Of a stretch of DNA of 58,690 bases, positions 8,591 to 16,703 are shown piece after piece. The DNA comes from Candidatus Acidiferrales bacterium. Lineage in GTDB: Archaea > Thermoproteota > Bathyarchaeia > 40CM-2-53-6. The notes beneath the pieces are model-generated. The model saw nothing but the letters and a program-made list of their open reading frames with translations, had not been told where the DNA came from and did no database searches. The position numbers and the translations under genes are program-made. Every line of letters begins with the position of its first letter. The first letter of the stretch is position 1. The stretch lies in NCBI GenBank assembly GCA_035517955.1, contig DATIYC010000066.1:1-58690 (forward strand), in the 5' to 3' direction.

Positions 8591-8680
8591 GTGCTCAGCC
8601 GTGCCAGACGACAGAAAACTCTTCGAATGTAATGGCATATGAGGAAGCATTTTCTCGATTGATGAAGAGCTGCAGGTACA

Positions 8681-9682
8681 ATGCTTGACATGACGGCGCT
8701 GACGAAGCTCGGCATCTCGTTTACCGTAAGCCTAGTAGTGACTTTCGCAACAATACCAGTAGTAGCAGATTACATGAGAGGACATGGAATCGTAGGAAAG
8801 GACGTTCACAAACTTTCGAAACCAGAGATTCCTGAAATGTGTGGCCTTGCAGTGATAATTGGGTTGATTGTCGGTCAAATAGTATGCGTGGTCATATTCC
8901 CTTCGACCATCCGCGTCGTTGCGGCATTTATTGGAACTGTCATCATAGCTGGAGGGATTGGCGTGTTTGACGATTTGCATCCTCTTGGTGGAAAAATCAA
9001 ACCCGTCCTCACTTCTATCGCGTCCCTGCCTATCTTGATTCTCGGCGCATATTCACCGTTTATTGTTATACCGTTCGTCGGTGTAGTTTCGATGACGACC
9101 GTTTACGCATTCATAGTTCCTATCGCCATCGCAGTTACCTCCAACGCCGTCAACATGATGGATGTCATGAACGGCGCAATGCCAGGAACGGTCAGCATAA
9201 TAGCTTTCACTGCGACGGCCATACTCTTCGCGTCGGGTCAGTACCAGGCTGCTGCTCTTGCTGCAGGCCTACTGGCTGCGATGCTTGCTCTCTTCTACTT
9301 CAACCATTTTCCTGCAAGAGTCTTCAGCGGAGACACAGGAAGCCTGGCGGTTGGAGCGGCGTTAGGCGCGGTTGCAATTATGGGAAAAATAGAGGCGGTT
9401 ATGATAGTGTCACTGTTGCCGCAAATCATGAATTCATTTTACGGATTATCATCCGTTGGGGGTCTCCGCGAAAGACGCGAAATCCATCAGAGGCCTACAA
9501 AATTGTTGGAAAATGAACTATTGGATGCCAGCACCGAGGTAGGAGCCCCAGTTACACTGACGCGCATCCTTCTTGGTGCTGGACCGTTATCGGAAAGACA
9601 GATCGTTAGTGTGCTAATGTTCCTTACCGCAGTCTCTTCCACGCTTGCCGTCATAACATACCTGATAATGGCGGGCCGTTAA
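8681..9682 (+). CDS. Polyprenyl-phosphate HexNAc-1-phosphate transferase (GT4 / MraY-WecA-AglH family)
   Basis: 333 aa, polytopic membrane protein. It has DDLHPLG, NAVNMMDVMNG and FSGDTGS motifs. Confidence 0.78.
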   Translation: MLDMTALTKLGISFTVSLVVTFATIPVVADYMRGHGIVGKDVHKLSKPEIPEMCGLAVIIGLIVGQIVCVVIFPSTIRVVAAFIGTVIIAGGIGVFDDLHPLGGKIKPVLTSIASLPILILGAYSPFIVIPFVGVVSMTTVYAFIVPIAIAVTSNAVNMMDVMNGAMPGTVSIIAFTATAILFASGQYQAAALAAGLLAAMLALFYFNHFPARVFSGDTGSLAVGAALGAVAIMGKIEAVMIVSLLPQIMNSFYGLSSVGGLRERREIHQRPTKLLENELLDASTEVGAPVTLTRILLGAGPLSERQIVSVLMFLTAVSSTLAVITYLIMAGR

Positions 9683-9685
9683 GCC

Positions 9686-9937
9686 TTGAAACGACTTATT
9701 CCGCTCGCCTCGATTATCGTGGTCGTCTGGCTTATTCTCCTGCTCACAATTCTAGCAATAGCCAAAGTAGCCTTCTCAATCAATTTCGGGACGAGAACAT
9801 TGATTCAATTAGCCATCACTGATACAAGTAAGATTCTTGTGTCAGCGGTGCTAGTTCTAATTTGGTTGTTGGCGTGGAAGAAGATTGCAGATGCTTATCT
9901 TCATAGAGAGCTCAGGAGAAGAACTACTGTTGCTTGA
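9686..9937 (+). CDS. Small membrane protein (2 predicted TM), hypothetical
   Basis: 83 aa with two hydrophobic stretches. It begins 4 nt after the upstream stop. No family recognised. Confidence 0.4.
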   Translation: MKRLIPLASIIVVVWLILLLTILAIAKVAFSINFGTRTLIQLAITDTSKILVSAVLVLIWLLAWKKIADAYLHRELRRRTTVA

Positions 9938-10994
9938 AGATTCTTTGAACAACGACCCTTAGTGGGTCCTCCATGCTTCGAAGTAGCCTCGCCGACTTCT
10001 TTTGGTAGTATTCGCGAAAATCAGCGCTTTTTGAAATTGCCTTGGCACGTTGCGCAATCCGACCAGGATCAAGAATACGCTCAATCAACCCGTATTTAAT
10101 CAAAAATCTTTCAACAAAGGTTGGATCACCTGGGTAATACGATATCGCAGGTACTCCTAGAAGAGCCGCTTCAGCGGTCATAGTCCCGCCACCACCAAGG
10201 AAGACGGACGATGCACGTGTCAAGGAAATAGAGTCGATAATATGCTCAGGAACAACCACTTTGTTCCCGAAGCGTTTTTTGAATCTCTCCGATTGAACAT
10301 CATACCTTGGCAGAACAACGACGTGTGAGTTCTGGCCGTCTAACTCTAAGATTTTTGAGACGACGTCAGTCACCTTGTCTGTTATCGAGGAATGGCGATC
10401 TGATAGATACGCCGCAAACTCCTCCGGAGGCCTGATAGTGACTATTGGTTTGGACGGGTCTAGATTCAGAGACTCCAGAGTCTTTGTGTTGCTTTTGTAA
10501 TTTGTCAGCCACACTATTGGATCGAGCGCTCGATATTGCACAACGTCTCTTGCAGTTATCCCATAGCGAGTCCAGGCATGGATTGGGATAATCCAGGGTG
10601 TGAAGAGTTTTTGCGAAATTGGTACAGTAAGTTTACTGACGGCTTCCGCGTGCGGTGAATCACTGATGCAATAATGTGGTATCTTAAGTCCAAATGACAC
10701 TCGCGCGGCTTCAGGAGATGAGAAGGAGATTGCAACGTCCGGCTTCTCCTCCGCTATGATTTCGGAAAGTTTGGAGATGCGTTTGGAACTTTCCGCAAGT
10801 TTGTTTCGTAGTTCGCCGCCACCATGTCGGCCTACCTCTGTAGCTTTCAAGCCTTTCAAGTCTAAGAGTTGATTCACTTCTCGGTATTCTCGAGTACTGA
10901 TGAAAGTCTTGATTCCCTTTGCTATTAGGCGGTGATGGAGTTCACCCAGGAAATTTGCTTGCTTTGGGGTAAGAATGTCTATCCACACTTTCAC
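9924..10994 (-). CDS. DUF354 protein (predicted glycosyltransferase/epimerase-fold)
   Basis: 356 aa. The N-terminus KVWIDILTPKQANF and a GGGGTMT.EAALLG.P motif are typical of the archaeal DUF354 family. Confidence 0.62.
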   Translation of the reverse strand: MKVWIDILTPKQANFLGELHHRLIAKGIKTFISTREYREVNQLLDLKGLKATEVGRHGGGELRNKLAESSKRISKLSEIIAEEKPDVAISFSSPEAARVSFGLKIPHYCISDSPHAEAVSKLTVPISQKLFTPWIIPIHAWTRYGITARDVVQYRALDPIVWLTNYKSNTKTLESLNLDPSKPIVTIRPPEEFAAYLSDRHSSITDKVTDVVSKILELDGQNSHVVVLPRYDVQSERFKKRFGNKVVVPEHIIDSISLTRASSVFLGGGGTMTAEAALLGVPAISYYPGDPTFVERFLIKYGLIERILDPGRIAQRAKAISKSADFREYYQKKSARLLRSMEDPLRVVVQRIFKQQ

Positions 10995-11000
10995 TGAAAT

Positions 11001-11822
11001 TCAACTCCTTTGAAGGGATGAACTAGATTTTGTCCATTTGTAGAGGAAGGATTCACGAAAGAGACGGATCAATCCAGGGTTTTTCGTATGGTTGGGAGTA
11101 TAGACGATCGGGTTCCAATAGCGCTTGTTCTCTTCGGCGGCCCATATTACAAAAATCAGTGCTTTATTGTCAACCAGTGTTCCTCGGACAGGATGCCACG
11201 GATCTGACGTGTCCCTTACTTGAACTCCGAAGGGATGCAATTCGTCCAATTGCTTTTTTATTTGACTGTCAGAAACTTGCATGAGAATCTTGATTTTCGC
11301 TCCTCTCCTGGCCGCATTCCTTAGTTGATCTTTCACCTTTGGAAGCCAAGAGAACAAAGCCGTAGAGATTAGGACTTCTTCTGAAGCCTCCTGCAGACAA
11401 TTACTGGTCCTCTTTTCCATGGTGTGGAGATCCTCAAGCGGCTCCAAGAGTTCCTCCGCCTTTACCTGCAAGTGGCTTTCCACGTACATGGGTTCCACCA
11501 GAGTTTGGAGGTTTCGCAAAGTTTCTTCGACTGTGATTAGGTTTGTCTCGAAGGTTTGTCGTAGATTCTTCAGGTACTCTCGCTTGGCTTGTTCTGGCGG
11601 AATAGCGTGGAATTTCTTAGGTCTACCTTGGGCTATTCTTGCAAATCCTTTTTGCATTAATTGTTCTAGCGTTCCATATACGCGAGTAATGGGAATGGAC
11701 GTTGCGAGTGATATTTCCTCGGCTGTTAACTCCTTCTTTGACAAAAGCGCAAGGTATGCTTCAGATTCGTAGGCAGTGAAGCCGGTTCTTCGGAGGTACT
11801 CGATCGTTCGCGTAGAGGACAT
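11001..11822 (-). CDS. TrmB family transcriptional regulator
   Basis: 273 aa. The N-terminal wHTH is L...GFTAYESEAYLALL...ELTAEEIS..T.IP.TRVY..LE.L..KGF. The C-terminal domain is shared with 6169-6975. Confidence 0.75.
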   Translation of the reverse strand: MSSTRTIEYLRRTGFTAYESEAYLALLSKKELTAEEISLATSIPITRVYGTLEQLMQKGFARIAQGRPKKFHAIPPEQAKREYLKNLRQTFETNLITVEETLRNLQTLVEPMYVESHLQVKAEELLEPLEDLHTMEKRTSNCLQEASEEVLISTALFSWLPKVKDQLRNAARRGAKIKILMQVSDSQIKKQLDELHPFGVQVRDTSDPWHPVRGTLVDNKALIFVIWAAEENKRYWNPIVYTPNHTKNPGLIRLFRESFLYKWTKSSSSLQRS

Positions 11823-11888
11823 ACTTAACTCAATTAGAGTTAAAAATAGTTAAATATTTCCGCCGCCGCCCTACGCAAGATAACATTC

Positions 11889-13286
11889 ATGTCAATAGCC
11901 ATACAACAACCTCCGATCTCACTCGAACCCGGAGAAATATCAGTCAGAATTAGAACCGGTGCCCTTACAGTAGGAGTTGTCGGCTTAGGCTGGATGGGGT
12001 TGCCAACCGCTTGCTTGTTCGCTGATGCTGGGGCAAGAGTAATTGGGGCAGATATGAACCCCAAAATCGTTGAAAGAGTTTCAAAAGGCGACCCCCCACT
12101 AGAAGAACCAGGTCTATCAGCGTTACTCAAGAAAGGAATCAGGTCAGGTAAGATCACCGCAACCACAAGTACCGAAGAAGCGGCTGCAAACGCCGACATA
12201 ATATTCATCGTCGTCCCAACAATGATTGACAGGCAAAAACGTGCAGACTATTCAGCGGTAGAGGATGCATGTGCGAGCCTTGGAAAAACACTAAAGAACG
12301 GCAGCCTTGTCATTTTTGAGAGCACCTGCGGGCCCGGAGTGACCGAGAGAGTCGTCAAGGCCACGCTTGAGAAATATTCCGGTCTCGTCGCTGGCCAAGG
12401 CTTCGGTCTGGCCTACAGCCCAATTCGCGCCATGGGTGGAAGAGCTCTTCAGGATATGCAAACGTACAGCAAGATCGTAGGCGCCATCGATGCGAGAAGC
12501 CTGGAAGCCGCCTGCGCAACTCTTTCAGTAATCGTAAAAGGTGAGTTGATTCGCGTCCGAGACATCAGAACCGCCGAACTTTCGAAACTTTTCGAGACTA
12601 TCTATCGAGACGTGAACATTGGGTTGGCGAACGAATTCGCACTGCTCTGCGAAGACCTCGGAGTCGATTATCTCGAAACTGTGAAGGCGGCGAATAGTCA
12701 GCCATACTCGCATCTGCATTCTACAGGTGGTGGAGTCGGAGGACATTGTCTACCAGTTTACCCATATCTTCTAGCAAGCGAAGCCTATGCGCTAGACGCG
12801 AAACTTAAGCTGGTCCTGGATGGGCGCAAAATAAATGACTTCATGCCTCGGCATGTGGCTAAACTTGCCTCGGACGGGATGCGTGTGTCTGGTAAGTCAA
12901 TCAAGAGAGCCCGCGTAGTGGTGCTAGGAATAAGCTACCGGCCTAACGTGAAAGAAATCAGATTCTCGCCTTCCCTCGAACTTATCGGAATACTGAAGAA
13001 GCGCGGTGCGCGCGTGGTCGCTTTTGACCCTTTGTTTAACGCAGCAGAGCTAGAATCGCTCGGGATTGTTTCTGAACCTACGCTCCGAAAAGCAGTGGAG
13101 AAGGCGGATTGCGTAATATTGACGATCGGCCACGACGAATTCAAGAAGATGGACACAATCGAACTCGCTGCTCACATGTCTAAGAAAGGATTGGTCGTAG
13201 ATTGTACAGGGTTGCTGGATCCTGCAAGCGTTGAGAAAAGCGGCCTAGTATACCGTGGAGTTGGCCGAGGACTTTGGACGCGCTAA
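11889..13286 (+). CDS. Nucleotide-sugar 6-dehydrogenase (UDP-ManNAc/UDP-Glc dehydrogenase family)
   Basis: 465 aa with a Rossmann motif VGVVGLGWMGLP. The catalytic Cys region is GGGVGGHCLP. C-terminal UDP-binding domain. Confidence 0.85.
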   Translation: MSIAIQQPPISLEPGEISVRIRTGALTVGVVGLGWMGLPTACLFADAGARVIGADMNPKIVERVSKGDPPLEEPGLSALLKKGIRSGKITATTSTEEAAANADIIFIVVPTMIDRQKRADYSAVEDACASLGKTLKNGSLVIFESTCGPGVTERVVKATLEKYSGLVAGQGFGLAYSPIRAMGGRALQDMQTYSKIVGAIDARSLEAACATLSVIVKGELIRVRDIRTAELSKLFETIYRDVNIGLANEFALLCEDLGVDYLETVKAANSQPYSHLHSTGGGVGGHCLPVYPYLLASEAYALDAKLKLVLDGRKINDFMPRHVAKLASDGMRVSGKSIKRARVVVLGISYRPNVKEIRFSPSLELIGILKKRGARVVAFDPLFNAAELESLGIVSEPTLRKAVEKADCVILTIGHDEFKKMDTIELAAHMSKKGLVVDCTGLLDPASVEKSGLVYRGVGRGLWTR

Positions 13287-14242
13287 GGAAGCTTCGCGTC
13301 GCGGTCATCGGAACCGGCTTCTGGGGAAAGAACCATGCCAGGATATTATCACGACTCCCCACTGCCGAACTGACATGCATATGCGACGTCAATGAGAAAA
13401 ACGCCAAGACGGTCGCAGGTGAATTTCACGTCCCACATTATACGCGATTAGAGGATGTGTTGTCTCGCACTGACGTTGACGCTGTACACATTTGCACTCC
13501 CACCGTCACGCACTACCAGTTAGCAACTCGGGCCTTGCATGCGGGAAAACACGCTCTGGTTGAGAAACCGATGACGAACACTTCGAGTGAGTCACGTGAG
13601 CTGATCAATATTGCGAAAGAACAGGGAGTTAGGCTCATGCCGGGGCATATTGAGCGTTTCAACCCCGCCGTTGATCATCTAAGATCACTACTCGATGAAA
13701 AGCGACTTGGTACAGTTACACTCTTTCATGCAAGGCGCGTAGGAAGATGGCCAGAGAGAATCGGCGACGTTGGTGTTGTGAGAGATACCGCCATACATGA
13801 CATAGACTTGGCTCGGTACATATTCAAAGACGAGGCAAACTCAGTCCATGCACGAATCGGAAGCGTGAAACACACACGAGAAGACTACGCGGAGATAATG
13901 CTCCAATTCAGAAATGGAGGGACAGCGTTCATCGACGCGAACTGGCTAACTCCACGAAAAACGCGGACTTTGATTGTGACCGGCAGCGAGGCGACTGTGG
14001 AATTGGATTACATCTCACAAGTGATCACCATAGAGGATTCGAAACAACTTGTCAGACCGTACCTGGAAACAAAAGAACCATTGAGAATTGAAATCACTCA
14101 CTTCGTTGAATCAATAGTCAATGACAGACCATTCAAAGTAAACGGAGAAGACGGTCTAAAGGCTGTTGAGATCTGCGAGGTCGTCCTGCAGTCTGGTTCA
14201 ACCGGTCAGACTGTTCCGATGACGCTGCCTTCCGCTGCTTGA
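13274..14242 (+). CDS. Gfo/Idh/MocA family oxidoreductase (sugar-nucleotide dehydrogenase-like)
   Basis: 322 aa with RVAVIGTGFWGKNHA and EKP motifs. The ORF starts at 13274 (non-ATG codon) and overlaps the upstream gene by 13 nt. Confidence 0.8.
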   Translation: MDALRKLRVAVIGTGFWGKNHARILSRLPTAELTCICDVNEKNAKTVAGEFHVPHYTRLEDVLSRTDVDAVHICTPTVTHYQLATRALHAGKHALVEKPMTNTSSESRELINIAKEQGVRLMPGHIERFNPAVDHLRSLLDEKRLGTVTLFHARRVGRWPERIGDVGVVRDTAIHDIDLARYIFKDEANSVHARIGSVKHTREDYAEIMLQFRNGGTAFIDANWLTPRKTRTLIVTGSEATVELDYISQVITIEDSKQLVRPYLETKEPLRIEITHFVESIVNDRPFKVNGEDGLKAVEICEVVLQSGSTGQTVPMTLPSAA

Positions 14243-14608
14243 GTTTCGTGAATCCCTGAAATCATGGAGGAAGTTGGCAGCAAACAAGTCAGCTCGCTTC
14301 TCCACTTGTCTGCTCCCACGAGGTTCCAAAGATCGAAGATGATGGTAGAACTCATGGAGTACCACAAAAGGGTTGATCAAGAAGTCACTATTTGAGAAAT
14401 AGATTCGCTGTTCCTTCTCCACATAACATGCCAAAACGCGTCGATGTCTCTTCACTGTACCTACACGGACGCTGGGTTCACTTATTTGATAGTGCTCCGA
14501 GAGGAGGCGTATAGCAAGCTCAACACGGCCGTCTATTATCAGTTGAACAATTCGCGCGTGAAACTCTCGACTGGAACTGTCTGTCGAATGAGCGATCATG
14601 GGTCGCAT
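14198..14608 (-). CDS. Small HExxH protein (SprT/DUF45-like putative Zn-metallopeptidase)
   Basis: 136 aa containing VVLHEFYHHL. Its 3' end overlaps the convergent oxidoreductase gene by 45 nt. Confidence 0.45.
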   Translation of the reverse strand: MRPMIAHSTDSSSREFHARIVQLIIDGRVELAIRLLSEHYQISEPSVRVGTVKRHRRVLACYVEKEQRIYFSNSDFLINPFVVLHEFYHHLRSLEPRGSRQVEKRADLFAANFLHDFRDSRNSSSGRQRHRNSLTG

Positions 14609-14673
14609 TTTTCTTAACCTCGAAAGTGGTATATTTCAGTTGACAGTTCGTGTTAAACGAAGGCCGGTTTGGA

Positions 14674-14952
14674 ATGAAGCGAAAACTCATGGATATACTA
14701 GCTTGCCCTATTGACAAGTTCTATCCACTGGAATTGCAGGTTTTTGAAGAGAAGGAGGAAGTCGTTTCAGGATTGATCACTTGCTCAAAGTGTAACCGCT
14801 GGTACCCAATTATTGACGAGATACCGCACATGTTACCGGACGAACTTCGGGAGCAAAATGAGGATGTCCCGTTTCTGCAGAAGTGGAAGGATCAAATTCC
14901 CCAGAAGACCCTACAGGAGGGGAAACCTTTCAACCTAGCCTCAAGCTCTTGA
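14674..14952 (+). CDS. Trm112-like zinc-ribbon protein
   Basis: MKRKLMDILACPIDK...ITCSKCNRWYPIIDEIPHML, the Trm112/DUF343 pattern. The track ORF starts at 14650. Confidence 0.7.
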   Translation: MKRKLMDILACPIDKFYPLELQVFEEKEEVVSGLITCSKCNRWYPIIDEIPHMLPDELREQNEDVPFLQKWKDQIPQKTLQEGKPFNLASSS

Positions 14953-14970
14953 AATGGATGGTAGAGACTC

Positions 14971-15354
14971 ATGAGCAAGACAATAGTTAGAACCAACGAA
15001 GCCCCGCAACCAATCGGACCATATTCTCAAGGCACCTTGGCAGGAGGTTTTCTCTTTGTTTCTGGCCAAGGGGCAATGGACCCGAAAATTGGGCAACTAG
15101 TTAGCGGTGACATTGAGGCGCAGACGAGGCAAGTCCTAACGAACATTAAGAGGATCGTTGAGGCCGCCGGCCTCTCGATGAGTGATGTCGTAAAGGCGTC
15201 GATCTTCTTGAGTAAGATGGACGATTTCAAAAGGATGAATGAGGTCTACAAGACTTTCTTCACTGAGAGTCCACCGGCAAGAACTACGGTCGAAGCGAAA
15301 CTGCCTCTTCCCAACATGCTGATCGAGATCGACGTGATCGCTCACCGCGGATGA
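14971..15354 (+). CDS. ridA: RidA/YjgF-family reactive enamine/imine deaminase
   Basis: 127 aa with APQPIGPYSQG, FVSGQ and ARTTVEA..LP....IEID.IA. Confidence 0.9.
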   Translation: MSKTIVRTNEAPQPIGPYSQGTLAGGFLFVSGQGAMDPKIGQLVSGDIEAQTRQVLTNIKRIVEAAGLSMSDVVKASIFLSKMDDFKRMNEVYKTFFTESPPARTTVEAKLPLPNMLIEIDVIAHRG

Positions 15355-15375
15355 CCTCGCAGTCGAAGCCTCTCA

Positions 15376-15405
15376 AATATTCTTCATATGAAGAATATTC
15401 TTCAT
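15376..15405. promoter_or_regulatory. 24-bp perfect palindrome plus an overlapping third half-site between ridA and larC
   Basis: AATATTCTTCAT|ATGAAGAATATT spans 15376-15399. The AATATTCTTCAT unit repeats at 15394-15405, creating a second palindrome GAAGAATATTCTTC (15390-15403). Confidence 0.5.
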
Positions 15406-15455
15406 TTGAATCCGTAACAAGTACAGATGCCTAAATTACCCAAATCAGGACTTTT

Positions 15456-16694
15456 GTGTTGTCACGCGTCACTCTCATTGACCCTCAGACAGCCGGCATA
15501 TCTGGCGATATGATACTGGGCGCTTTAATTGACCTAGGAGCTGAACTCGCAACAATAAAACAAGTTCTTGACCTTATACCCCGACACTTCTCCAGTTGCG
15601 AGTCTATCAGTCTTACAACCAAGGAAGTAGATCGGCATGGATTCCGATCTTGCAGGGTAGAATTAGATATCTCGGAGAGTTCGGATGAGAGTGCGGCCAG
15701 TGCCCTCGTGAATGCGACACAAACTATCTCAGATTCCTCTCTTTTGAGTAAACGCGCAAGAGCGTTTGCGATTGGTTCAGTTCAGACTTTGACTGAGGTT
15801 GAGAGTAGGCTTCATGGTGCAGATGTTTCCGAAGTGCATTTGCACGAAGCAGGATCTGCTGACACTCTAGCAGATATATTCGGGACGGCAGCAGCTTGTG
15901 ATTCATTGCACATCTTTGATGGTGAGGTGTATTGCACGCCGGTTTCAGTTGGGGCCGGTTCGGTCCGGTTTTCGCATGGAACGGTCTCAGTACCTGCGCC
16001 AGCAGTGCTCGAGATCGCGCGTCAATATGGCATTCCAATCAAAGCAGGCCCTGTGAGCGAGGAACTTGCAACACCAACAGGAGTCTCAATCTTAGCAAAT
16101 CTCACACCCATCTTCCTAGACGGATACCCCGCAATGGTGCCAGATCAGGTTGGCTACGGTGCTGGCAGAAAGGAGTACACAGACATCCCTAACGTGCTTC
16201 GTTGCGTTATAGGACGGGGGAACGCGAGCCTCACATCTGAAACAGTTCAAGTCCTCGAAACCAATGTTGATGACGTTTCGGGCGAGATACTATCTCATGC
16301 TCTGCAACTTTTGTTGGAATCAGGCGCTAAAGATGCGTGGATTACCTCCGCCCAATTCAAGAAGAACCGACCGGGACATGTCCTTCATGTGATCTGCACC
16401 TCAAACGACGTTGAAAAAATCGCTAAAATCATCATGCTAGAAACCGGGACGCTCGGAGTCAGATATCAGCAATGGAACCGCTTTGTTCTAGAACGAGAGA
16501 TAGTGACGTTAGACGTATCGATTGGGAACGGGAAGTTCAAAGTTCGCGTTAAGATTGCGAGAGACAAGTCGGGCAGGATCATAAACATAAAGCCAGAATT
16601 CGAAGATGTAGAAGCGATAGCCCGAAACCTTTCATGTCCACCACGGGAAATATCATCAATAATACTACAGGAAGCAAATCGTTCGTTGCGGTAG
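15456..16694 (+). CDS. larC: LarC-family nickel insertion protein (DUF111)
   Basis: 412 aa with the N-terminal motif IDPQTAGISGDMILGALIDLGA and HLHEAGSADTLADI. Confidence 0.85.
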   Translation: MLSRVTLIDPQTAGISGDMILGALIDLGAELATIKQVLDLIPRHFSSCESISLTTKEVDRHGFRSCRVELDISESSDESAASALVNATQTISDSSLLSKRARAFAIGSVQTLTEVESRLHGADVSEVHLHEAGSADTLADIFGTAAACDSLHIFDGEVYCTPVSVGAGSVRFSHGTVSVPAPAVLEIARQYGIPIKAGPVSEELATPTGVSILANLTPIFLDGYPAMVPDQVGYGAGRKEYTDIPNVLRCVIGRGNASLTSETVQVLETNVDDVSGEILSHALQLLLESGAKDAWITSAQFKKNRPGHVLHVICTSNDVEKIAKIIMLETGTLGVRYQQWNRFVLEREIVTLDVSIGNGKFKVRVKIARDKSGRIINIKPEFEDVEAIARNLSCPPREISSIILQEANRSLR

Positions 16695-16703
16695 CGGACC
16701 TGA

